Below, piece by piece: positions 20,342 through 28,361 of a DNA stretch of 37,293 bases. Numbering within the stretch: position 1 is the stretch's first letter; each line of letters starts with the position of its first letter. The stretch lies in assembly GCA_964455675.1 (NCBI GenBank), contig CAYVYK010000015.1:1-37293 (forward strand), read 5' to 3'. Under the pieces are notes generated by a model. That model was not told the origin of the DNA. It worked only from the letters and a program-made list of their open reading frames with translations, and ran no database searches. A program made the position numbers and the translations under genes. The DNA is from an uncultured Methanosarcinales archaeon (lineage in GTDB: Archaea > Nanobdellota > Nanobdellia > Woesearchaeales > CAYVYK01).

Positions 20342-20484
20342 TCTGTAGTGGCCTCGATGGCATGTAATTTCCTGGGGGTATCTAAGCGGGCGGTAATATC
20401 TCGTAGCTGGTTGAACAGGATAATCGAGGATTTCATGGTAATGAGCGCAAAATGAGGTGTTGGGAGAACTTGTTTGAATACCAT
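20338..20484 (-). CDS. Putative 48-aa upstream ORF coupled to the surface protein gene
   Basis: MVFKQVLPTPHFALITMKSSIILFNQLRDITARLDTPRKLHAIEATTE*. Strong GGTTTATATAAATA box about 25 nt upstream; TGA overlaps the downstream ATG (ATGA). Confidence 0.45.
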   Translation of the reverse strand: MVFKQVLPTPHFALITMKSSIILFNQLRDITARLDTPRKLHAIEATTE

Positions 20485-20687
20485 TTGCGTCGTCCTCTGG
20501 TAGAGTTTTATTTATATAAACCTATGCTCCAGCAGGCTACTTGCTAGAGGACTGGCAAGTTTCCAAGTAATCCACGTCGCAAAGTTTTCATGTAAAGATT
20601 GAGGCGCACCTTCTTCAATTGGATATGAATCCTGCAATAAACCTTGCACATGGTCTGTCGCGATGATGATTGTAGAATGCTATGGTG

Positions 20688-22403
20688 CTAATAGGATGGA
20701 CGGTATGCTGTTTGAAAGGACGCAAAATCAGCTAAATCTGCATCAAGATCACCGTCCAGATCGCTATGAGTAAAGAGTTCAGGATCTCCAGGAGGGACAT
20801 GCTCCTCGGGACCCGACATGCTTGCGCAGAGGTCGTTTGCATCTGCAATGTCCACTTGAAAATCGCGGTTGATATCTGTTGGCTGCACGACGCCGTCATC
20901 TACCGAGTAGAAGAGCCCCGGTGAATATGTGCACTCTCCTCCGTTCGCAATAATATACTGCCGTGTGAGTGGATTCATTGCGATCCCGCGCAGGCAGTCG
21001 ATTTGCGCAGGTATGCTTGGATCATAGCTGAACGTGAGATACCTCAGGAAGTGCATGTCCGCAAGATTATTTTCCCCGTCGTAACTTGGTGCGTACTCGA
21101 TAAGTCTTGGCACCCCTTGAACATAGCCGGCAAGTACAAGTGTATCCAAGGAAGAATTTTCTGTCATGCCAAACGTGTTGAGCGAAACTCCCATAGGTTG
21201 AGGAATGGCAACGAATTGCAGTGTTGTGAAACTTTCAGGATCAATAACAGCTATCCTTCTTCCAATAATATCGCATGCGAGAAGTTTTTGTGAAGCGGCA
21301 TTCCAGCTGACGTCACCGATTGCGGTGATATCCGTGTGAAAATTCGTCGCAAGGTTTCCCGATAAGTCTACTTTGTTGATATGCCCCCCATGCACTGCAA
21401 TCCAGAGATAATCCACCTGAATGCTCGGATGATCCTGCCCACCGATGGTAATGCCTCGACCACCGCCGCTGAGCACTGCCTCGCTCCAAAGGACAGGATT
21501 TCCTCCAAGTGCGTCCATCATGTAGAGACTGTTGTCATCCCTGTTCGTCATGATAAAGTTTTTTGAGGTTGTTCTTCCTTCGCTTGTGTCAAACACAATT
21601 CCGTAAGGGCTGAATTCCATTGGGAAGGAATGATAATACTCCGCGCGTCCTGTTTCTTCTTCTCCAGGCAGTTTTCGTGCGAATGATGCGTTTACAATAT
21701 CGTTTGCCATGACAAGATTGCCGTTGGGCAGCGCGCCAAATCCATAGATATTGTTGGGCATCCACGCCGGATCCTGCGCGTCAAACGTGATTTCACGGTA
21801 CTCATGGATTCCCTCGGGTGTTGCGGAAAAGATGTAGAATTTTTCTGTTTGCAGTTCTTCCGTGATGAGTTCTCCGCTAGCAAGGTCGCCGAGCGCAAAA
21901 AAATCAGTTCCGAGTGGAGAGAGTGATACTATGCCTTCAAGGTTAAGGGTGTCTTTGTGGTAAAAGTAGAGGGATGGTGGCGCGACATTAACAATGATGA
22001 GATAGGATCCGGAGCATGCCATGTCGCCAGCGTTGCCTCCGATAAACTCGGTGAGCATTGTTGGATCTGACCATGTGCCATCTTCCTCAAAATACGAAAG
22101 AAGGTTGCCGAGCACATCAATAGCATATAGTCTTTGTTCTCGTTCATCGTATGCGAGTCCAAGTGGTATGACTCCTGGGAATGCAAATTCTGCTATCTGC
22201 TCTTGTCGATCGTTGATTTGCACAATTATATTCTCAAGAGCCGCAAAATATCCTGTATCCACTCCGTTCACTCGTGGTCCTTCACTCGCTGCCATACAGG
22301 GATATTGGAAGGGACTGTGGCTGTACACCTCATAGTCCTGGGAGTTTACGCTGTTGCATGCGAGTGCCGATGCAAGAATTGCGGTAATTGTGCGCGCTCT
22401 CAC
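20688..22403 (-). CDS. Secreted beta-propeller protein with C-terminal dockerin/EF-hand-like module
   Basis: Signal-like (M)RARTITAILASALAC; repeats such as PLGLAYD, PYGIVFD, GDVSWN, LRGIAMNP; tail DINRDFQVDIAD...DLDGDLDADLADFASFQ. GTG 22403 chosen on TTTATTAATA spacing. Confidence 0.82.
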   Translation of the reverse strand: MRARTITAILASALACNSVNSQDYEVYSHSPFQYPCMAASEGPRVNGVDTGYFAALENIIVQINDRQEQIAEFAFPGVIPLGLAYDEREQRLYAIDVLGNLLSYFEEDGTWSDPTMLTEFIGGNAGDMACSGSYLIIVNVAPPSLYFYHKDTLNLEGIVSLSPLGTDFFALGDLASGELITEELQTEKFYIFSATPEGIHEYREITFDAQDPAWMPNNIYGFGALPNGNLVMANDIVNASFARKLPGEEETGRAEYYHSFPMEFSPYGIVFDTSEGRTTSKNFIMTNRDDNSLYMMDALGGNPVLWSEAVLSGGGRGITIGGQDHPSIQVDYLWIAVHGGHINKVDLSGNLATNFHTDITAIGDVSWNAASQKLLACDIIGRRIAVIDPESFTTLQFVAIPQPMGVSLNTFGMTENSSLDTLVLAGYVQGVPRLIEYAPSYDGENNLADMHFLRYLTFSYDPSIPAQIDCLRGIAMNPLTRQYIIANGGECTYSPGLFYSVDDGVVQPTDINRDFQVDIADANDLCASMSGPEEHVPPGDPELFTHSDLDGDLDADLADFASFQTAYRPSY

Positions 22404-22506
22404 GGTGTTAGGGTAGAATTGAATATTAATAAACATACTGGTGGTGTGGGGATGACGAGCGTGTATCACGCAGTTGGAGGATCGTGCTGAGATCGCACGG
22501 AACTGT

Positions 22507-23136
22507 TCAGAGCTTGGTCTGGTAGTGCTTCTGCGTTGCGCCGTAATTCTTTGGGTCTTCCTGGTAGTCATCAAATGCCTGGTCGATGATCTCGAGCACG
22601 CCAGTATAGGTTTTAACGGTATAGAGGAGTAACAGGTCTTCGCTGTTGAACATCTTCCTTTTGAGCGGTTCTCGCTTGAGCCATTCGATGAGTCCCGGCC
22701 ACATGTCACCCATGAGGATGATCGGGATATGCTTGATGTGATGCACCTGGGCATGCTGCCAGGTGTAGAACAGTTCCAGTAGAGTCCCAACGCCCCCTTG
22801 AGCGACAACGACGGCATTCGAGAGCGACATGAATTCATCAAGTCTTCCGGAGAACTGGTGAAATTCTTTTTTGATGTCAAGATGCATATTATCTTTCTGT
22901 TCTTTGGGTAGTTTGATCTGCAGTCCAATCGAGAGTGATTTTCCCGCATTTCCGGCGCGATGCCCGGCATTCCCCGCTTCCATCAATCCAGGTCCTCCTC
23001 CTGTCACAACATCGATGTCTCGTTCGCCAAGCGATTTCGCCAGATCGAAAATCTCCTGGTATGCTGGATCATTTCGCTTGATGCGCGCAGACCCAAAGAT
23101 GGTTACTCTGAATTGGTTCTTGTTGAGTTTTGGCAT
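22507..23136 (-). CDS. LOG family nucleotide phosphoribohydrolase (Rossmann fold)
   Basis: VTIFGSAR, VTGGGPGLMEAGN, FSGRLDEF, GGVGTLLEL, IPIILMG..W. Confidence 0.93.
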   Translation of the reverse strand: MPKLNKNQFRVTIFGSARIKRNDPAYQEIFDLAKSLGERDIDVVTGGGPGLMEAGNAGHRAGNAGKSLSIGLQIKLPKEQKDNMHLDIKKEFHQFSGRLDEFMSLSNAVVVAQGGVGTLLELFYTWQHAQVHHIKHIPIILMGDMWPGLIEWLKREPLKRKMFNSEDLLLLYTVKTYTGVLEIIDQAFDDYQEDPKNYGATQKHYQTKL

Positions 23137-23504
23137 GCACTTTGCTCGTCAAGGGAGGTATAAAAAAGTTATGGCAGTAGAAAGAGCATTGCTTCCGCAA
23201 TCCCTTCCGCTGGAGGTTAAAAGCAGTGTTATCTGAAACTCGCCCACGAGGAACGTTGAGTACTTATCTCATGGGGTTACTTTAGGAATCATTCCCTGAT
23301 TTCGGGGAGTATGTGAAGGTATGTATGCGCCAAATGACTGATAATTGACCATTCTATTAGCAACTTATTTCTGGGAAATTGTTTAGAATCGCTACCATAG
23401 GTATTATAACTCTAGCATTGATAAGTAGGAATAGATTCTGGAACAGAAGAGTCTTCTGGAAGGGGAGTGTTCGGGAAGAGCATAGTAAGGTTCTAGGATT
23501 GAAT

Positions 23505-23603
23505 ATGGTGGACAATGTCCATGATGGTACTCTTGGGATAATTAAGGATGTTTATTTTGGTATGTTGTTGGTCTGTGGCGTGTACGCAGTCTATAAGCTG
23601 TAA
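23505..23603 (+). CDS. Possible 32-aa single-TM protein
   Basis: MVDNVHDGTLGIIKDVYFGMLLVCGVYAVYKL; hydrophobic C-terminal half, weak AGGA RBS. Confidence 0.3.
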   Translation: MVDNVHDGTLGIIKDVYFGMLLVCGVYAVYKL

Positions 23604-23711
23604 TCAAATGACTGCACAGAATGAGGGGAGTGCAGGAATTGAGCATTGGAGCATTTTCCATCGCTAGGAGTCCATAGCTGGGAAAAGAGGGTCTGACATG
23701 GGGGTGTCACA

Positions 23712-24884
23712 ATGGTAGAACGAGCAAAGGAACGGTATAGTAAACGTGGTTTTGTATTTCTGGATGGATTCGTATTGCTGATGGTTGTATTTACGCTGAT
23801 GATTGCCGCTTCGGCAAACGGAATCACGGATACAACACGTCCGACGGTTATTTCTGTGTTTCCCGCAAATAATGAAGTGGAGCTATCGACAAAGGATCAG
23901 ATTACTGTAGTATTCAGCGAGTATATGGATCCTTCGACCATCAATTCGGAAACTGTATCCGTAACACAGAGGACAACTCCTGAGTTTGGGGAGTATAGGT
24001 CACTTGCGATTGATACAACAGTATCGACTTCTGGCAATATCGCAACGATTATACCAAATGATCCACTGTATCCAAACCAAGAGTTCGGTAACGTTTTTAC
24101 GGTGATGATTACCACAGGAGCAAAGGATCTTGCTGGCAATTCACTTTCTCGAGATTATGCGTGGAGTTTTACGACAGGCGGTGATCCATTTAATACTGGA
24201 GCAACAACTTCGCAGTTGGATCAGAGTATAGTTCCGATGATTGGACCCTTGGCGACTCCGATCATGTCACTACCGGTAGCGCCAACTCAGGTTATTGCTT
24301 TTCCGGCAGTGGACGACGCAGTGGACGACGAGGAGACAGCAAGTGTGTTCCCGTGGTACTTGGTTTTTGGGGGATTGTTCGTGGTCGTTCTGATTGCATT
24401 GGTGCTCTACCTTATTGCCTATCCTACGCGCGATAAGAACGTCAAAACTATCGTCCGTCCCAGCCCGTTTGGTGATGTTCACCCCGTTGTGGACTTGGAA
24501 GGCATTGGTCCAAAATACAGTAAGAAACTTCACACCATGGGGATTAATGATACCAAAGAGTTATGGAAAGCAGATACTGTAAAGGTGGCCCGAGATACTG
24601 GTGCTCCCCAGAGTGTCGTGAGGAGTTGGCAGAGCATGGCTGAACTTGCCAGCGTCAAGGATATCGGTCCGCAATATGCTGAGCTTCTCGAGCGGTCTGG
24701 TGTCCATAGTATCGATCAGCTCAGGGGGTATGATACAAAAAGGCTTCTGCAGCTCGTGCGTGCGAAACAGGATTCGCTCAAGATCAATATCCAAGGCAAT
24801 ACGCCAGGTCAAGCGGTTGTCGAGAATTGGATTGGTCAGGCGCGCGATCATCGGTTCAGTGAGTCTGAAGGACAGACAACGTGA
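23712..24884 (+). CDS. Ig-like (Big_5/SbsA-type) domain + TM helix + DUF4332 tandem helix-hairpin-helix domain
   Basis: DTTRPTVISVFPANN...ITVVFSEYMDPSTI...KDLAGNSL..DYAWSFTT; TM PWYLVFGGLFVVVLIALVLYLI; LEGIGPKYSKKL..MGI and VKDIGPQYAELLERSGV. GGGGGTG RBS. Confidence 0.88.
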   Translation: MVERAKERYSKRGFVFLDGFVLLMVVFTLMIAASANGITDTTRPTVISVFPANNEVELSTKDQITVVFSEYMDPSTINSETVSVTQRTTPEFGEYRSLAIDTTVSTSGNIATIIPNDPLYPNQEFGNVFTVMITTGAKDLAGNSLSRDYAWSFTTGGDPFNTGATTSQLDQSIVPMIGPLATPIMSLPVAPTQVIAFPAVDDAVDDEETASVFPWYLVFGGLFVVVLIALVLYLIAYPTRDKNVKTIVRPSPFGDVHPVVDLEGIGPKYSKKLHTMGINDTKELWKADTVKVARDTGAPQSVVRSWQSMAELASVKDIGPQYAELLERSGVHSIDQLRGYDTKRLLQLVRAKQDSLKINIQGNTPGQAVVENWIGQARDHRFSESEGQTT

Positions 24885-24993
24885 TTGACAGGAACGATGG
24901 ACATCTAGTATACGATACGCCGCATGCGGTATGTTCGAGAGGAATGAGAAGATCGGTCTCATAAGAGTAGAAAGAATAAGAGGAGGATACAAA

Positions 24994-25113
24994 ATGGCAA
25001 AAAAAAGTAGAGGCGGAAGAATGACTGCAGCGAAGTTCCGAGCGAGTAAGAGTCTTGGCGGCAGAGGAATGGTCAAGAACAGGACTGTAGGTAAAAATAT
25101 CATGCGAACGTGA
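24994..25113 (+). CDS. 39-aa highly basic small protein
   Basis: MAKKSRGGRMTAAKFRASKSLGGRGMVKNRTVGKNIMRT; AGGAGG RBS 7 nt upstream; followed by hairpin and T-run. Confidence 0.7.
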   Translation: MAKKSRGGRMTAAKFRASKSLGGRGMVKNRTVGKNIMRT

Positions 25114-25121
25114 ATGTTTCG

Positions 25122-25155
25122 GGGATGAGGTGTTACCACCTCAGCCCATTTTTTT
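25122..25155 (+). terminator. Intrinsic terminator-like hairpin plus T tract
   Basis: GGG-A-TGAGGTG-TTAC-CACCTCA-G-CCC then ATTTTTTT. Confidence 0.7.
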
Positions 25156-25213
25156 CCTCTGGTTTGAGCGAGTGACTGTGAGAGTGATTCAACTGTTGTG
25201 GAGGTGAGTGCGT

Positions 25214-25543
25214 ATGGCATTCGTTGGAGTGGTACTTGGATTCCTGATAAGTTTGATGATATCGGCGATTATCATTTTTGTAGCGGCAAAATTACTTCAT
25301 GAGAAGGAAGGGATAGGGACCGCGATAGTGGCAGCGCTTTCTGGCGCGATCATATTCGCAGTCGTGTGGTATTTCCTTGGGACAGGTTGGGTTGCCGCAC
25401 TGATTGGAGGGCTTGCCTGGCTTATTGCACTAGCCAGCCTGTATAGGATGGGCTGGTTGAAGTCCTTAGTGATAGCCGTGATTATATGGGTTTTTGCGAC
25501 AATTGTTAGCGTTGTTTTGCCAACCATTGCAGGACCGCTATAA
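25214..25543 (+). CDS. Small 4-TM membrane protein
   Basis: Almost wholly hydrophobic; GAGGTGA RBS before ATG 25214. Confidence 0.85.
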   Translation: MAFVGVVLGFLISLMISAIIIFVAAKLLHEKEGIGTAIVAALSGAIIFAVVWYFLGTGWVAALIGGLAWLIALASLYRMGWLKSLVIAVIIWVFATIVSVVLPTIAGPL

Positions 25544-25547
25544 GGAG

Positions 25548-25746
25548 GTGCGCACCATATTTTACAGCGCTATCGGTGTCGTGGCAGTTCTTGCTACGAT
25601 ATGGGTGAGTGTAATTGTCGTAAATAGTAGGCTATCTGACGGCTGCTGTGGGTAGTGCTTGTGGTGATTGTAGCATCATCACCGCGATAGTGTATTTTTT
25701 TATTCGTAGAAACGCGAAAGCTGATGTATTTCGGCATAAAAAGTGA
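25548..25746 (+). pseudogene. Frameshifted PLDc_N-like small membrane protein
   Basis: Three segments separated by two frameshifts join as IFYSAIGVVAVLATIWV..VNSRLSDG / LLWVVLVVI / SIITAIVYFFIRRNAK..., the PLDc_N two-helix pattern. GGAGGTG present but no well-spaced ATG. Confidence 0.6.
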
Positions 25747-25881
25747 TCAGATCAAAAGTGATCACATACATAGAGAATCGGCGATGAATTGTGAGGGTGT
25801 GAGAGCAGTAGTAAATAGAATACCAGGCATCTGGAAGAATCGCTCTCTGCCAGGTATGTAATAAAAAATGCGGAGGAAACC

Positions 25882-25980
25882 ATGAGAAATTCAATGAATA
25901 AACGGGGAGGGGTACTGACGCTTATTGGCGCGGTAGTTGTAGTGATAGTAGTCGTAGTTGTGTTCTTCAGATTTTTTTAA
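25882..25980 (+). CDS. 32-aa peptide resembling an archaeal class III (pilin-type) signal peptide; possibly a truncated gene
   Basis: MRNSMNKRG-GVLTLIGAVVVVIVVVVVFFRFF*; GGAGG RBS; stop at end of a T7 run. Confidence 0.55.
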   Translation: MRNSMNKRGGVLTLIGAVVVVIVVVVVFFRFF

Positions 25981-26075
25981 TGAAGTACCACTGGAGAAAC
26001 GGCTGTGACAGGGCAAGTGACTGGAGTAGACTTGTTTAGATTAGGTAACAACAGAAAAGAAAAGGGTGGTGTACG

Positions 26076-26579
26076 ATGGAAAGTGGTTCAAAGGAGGATA
26101 AGCTGAAGGAGATAAGGAGCTGTATCAACAAGGAGGATAGTCTGTTCTGCGTGCCAAGAAATGAAACGAGAAAGTTTGAGAAGGATAGTAAGGCAGAGGG
26201 GAAAGGTACGATACCGATCATGACGTATGGCGAGTACGTCATATATCTGAAGGCTGATTGTTCGGCACTTCCAAATATTCCTCTGTCCAAGTTTAATTAC
26301 ACATCGGGAACGTTCGAGAAGAAATGGGGTCCGGATCACAAGACGATTGTGTTGACGCCAAATCATTCGAGTGTAAGGAAAGTGGAGATAGAGATTCAAG
26401 GGATAGATATCCATAAGATGAGATTGCTGCCCGACAAGACAGGAGATGTGATTGAGGATATGGCAAAGATCAAGATAACGAGGCACTATAGGTTTTCGAC
26501 GGGAGGCGCAGAGAATAGGGTGGATACTGCATCAGCTTCTCCAGGAGAGACTAATGCAAGAGGAGCAATTGCGCAGTAG
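26076..26579 (+). CDS. Hypothetical protein
   Basis: 167-aa ORF, GGTGGTG RBS-like; no family recognised. Confidence 0.7.
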   Translation: MESGSKEDKLKEIRSCINKEDSLFCVPRNETRKFEKDSKAEGKGTIPIMTYGEYVIYLKADCSALPNIPLSKFNYTSGTFEKKWGPDHKTIVLTPNHSSVRKVEIEIQGIDIHKMRLLPDKTGDVIEDMAKIKITRHYRFSTGGAENRVDTASASPGETNARGAIAQ

Positions 26580-26584
26580 GTAAC

Positions 26585-26818
26585 ATGATGGGGTACTATG
26601 ATTTCGGAAATGGGTTGCTTGGATTCACATGGATCTTCGTAGTAGTGATAGCCATGTGGGGAGCGATAACCTGGTTAATTGTATGGCTTGTGAACAAGAC
26701 GAAGCGGCCAGTGCATAGTTACCAAACACCCCTGGACATTCTCAAGCAGCGGTATGCGAGGGGGGAGATATCAGCACGAGAGTTAAATGAGAGAAAAAAT
26801 ATGCTCTCAAGAGAGTGA
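26585..26818 (+). CDS. SHOCT-domain membrane protein
   Basis: MMG..G..G N-terminus, TM, then PLDILKQRYARGEISARELNERK. Confidence 0.9.
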   Translation: MMGYYDFGNGLLGFTWIFVVVIAMWGAITWLIVWLVNKTKRPVHSYQTPLDILKQRYARGEISARELNERKNMLSRE

Positions 26819-26822
26819 AACT

Positions 26823-27167
26823 ATGACCGAAGAAAAAAAACACGGGATTATGGATACGATAAAAACTGGATTGGGCTATGTCTCTCAGATCCTCTCAGCA
26901 AGTATTTTTCCGCCCATTGCGGATGGTGCTGAGTTGGTTATGAAGAGGATTGAAGAACGAATGATGCGGATGGAGAAAAGAATTTTGAGGAAGATGAGCT
27001 CTCTCATAGTCATCGGGTTTGGGGGAGTCTTCTTGGTTTTGGGACTGCTGTTCTTCCTGATAGAATACGCAGGGTGGAGCAATGCCGCAGCATTCTTTTC
27101 GATTGGAATTACGGTCTTCGTGATAGGGCTTCTGATGAAATTGTCAGAAACGGCCCAAGCGCAGTAG
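26823..27167 (+). CDS. YqjE/phage-holin_3_6-like 2-TM membrane protein
   Basis: Charged helix ([18 protein letters not shown]) followed by two TMs with [12 protein letters not shown]; near a YqjD homologue. Confidence 0.65.
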   Translation: MTEEKKHGIMDTIKTGLGYVSQILSASIFPPIADGAELVMKRIEERMMRMEKRILRKMSSLIVIGFGGVFLVLGLLFFLIEYAGWSNAAAFFSIGITVFVIGLLMKLSETAQAQ

Positions 27168-27201
27168 AACGTATGAACAGAAAAAACAGAGGGGTGACGA
27201 T

Positions 27202-27831
27202 ATGGCAAAGATACTCATTGTGTATTACTCAATGTATGGTCATGTGCATGCCATGGCTCATGCAGTTGCTGAAGGCGTGAGAAGAGTGAAAGGCGCGGAA
27301 GTGAGCATTTGCAGGGTCCCGGAGACTCTGCCAGATTCAGTGCTTGTCAAGATGGGCGCTATGGAGGCGAAAAAGATGTTTGCTGGCATCCCAATTTGCA
27401 AAGTGGATGATCTGGCAGATGCGGACGCGGTGATCTTTGGTACGCCAACAAGGTATGGGAATATGACAGGCCAAATGAGCCAGTTCATGGATGCCACAGG
27501 GCAGATATGGCAGAAGGGCACGCTTATTGGTAAAATAGGGAGCGTGTTTACAAGTACCGCTACGCAGCACGGCGGCCAGGAATCCACTATTTTGAGTTTT
27601 CATACGACCCTCCTGCATCATGGTATGATCATCGTGGGTTTGCCGTATTCATTCCAAGGTCAGTCAAGGATTGATGAGATGAGCGGTGGCTCGCCATATG
27701 GTGCGGCAACCATTGCGGGCGGCAGAGGCGAGAGGATGCCTAGCGAGAATGAGCTTGAAGGAGCGAGATTTCAGGGTGAGCATGTTGCGAAGATTGCAGG
27801 AAGATTGTTGGTGATGGAAGAAAAAAGTTGA
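27202..27831 (+). CDS. wrbA: NAD(P)H:quinone oxidoreductase WrbA
   Basis: [52 protein letters not shown]. Confidence 0.97.
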   Translation: MAKILIVYYSMYGHVHAMAHAVAEGVRRVKGAEVSICRVPETLPDSVLVKMGAMEAKKMFAGIPICKVDDLADADAVIFGTPTRYGNMTGQMSQFMDATGQIWQKGTLIGKIGSVFTSTATQHGGQESTILSFHTTLLHHGMIIVGLPYSFQGQSRIDEMSGGSPYGAATIAGGRGERMPSENELEGARFQGEHVAKIAGRLLVMEEKS

Positions 27832-27840
27832 GGTGCTACT

Positions 27841-28107
27841 ATGTCAAATGATGAAAGTATTGCCCACGGACAGGGTATGAGGCAGAGAACGCATGAGAGT
27901 GTTGACAGATTGATGGACAAAGCGGAAAGCATGAGAGATAGCGGTGCAGAAAAAATAGCCCGAATGAAAGAGCACGCGATAGAGATGAGGGAGGATGTTG
28001 ATAGTTACATTAGAAAGAATCCGGAAAAATCCGTTCTCATCGCGGCAGGAGTTGGCGCCGTCGTCGGTGCATTGATTGCGGCAGCGATGATGCGAAGAAA
28101 GGATTAA
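27841..28107 (+). CDS. ElaB/YqjD/DUF883 family tail-anchored protein
   Basis: Charged helical N-terminus then VDSYIRKNPEKSVLIAAGVGAVVGALI...RRKD; GAGGTG RBS. Confidence 0.9.
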   Translation: MSNDESIAHGQGMRQRTHESVDRLMDKAESMRDSGAEKIARMKEHAIEMREDVDSYIRKNPEKSVLIAAGVGAVVGALIAAAMMRRKD

Positions 28108-28361
28108 TGAACGGTTGATGTGGGAGCGACATGTTCGTGATAACGCAAGGTCTCGTGTGGTGATATCTCTCAAAGGGTATATGGCGACTGATGATATGCG
28201 TACCAATTGCATTATCCCACATCAAGGAATATCCAGATTGCCATGATAGATCAGAGATGATGGAAAGAGAAGCAGAGAAATGTTAGAAGAGGAATTGTGG
28301 AGTTGGAAAGAAAAGTTGGTTCTCTTGGATCAGCTGGCGCATCGTCATGAGGTTTTGCACA

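Noticed and set aside
22404..22970. N-terminal 189 aa of the 760-aa ORF overlapping LOG
   Set aside because: Non-protein-like composition, overlaps the LOG gene in another frame; TATA and signal peptide point to GTG 22403.
23137..23711. Structured ncRNA or riboswitch in the long intergenic gap
   Set aside because: Only a short G-U-rich hairpin (about 23291-23310) found; no recognisable family motif. An Rfam/covariance search would be needed.
24885..24916. Bacterial sigma70 promoter (perfect TTGACA) upstream of the basic microprotein
   Set aside because: Best -10-like hexamers (TAGTAT, TACGAT) lie at 15 and 20 nt spacing, not 16-18; host appears archaeal.
28108..28361. Small ORFs between DUF883 and AI-2E genes
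   Set aside because: Several 20-30 codon frames, none with a convincing RBS or recognisable composition.
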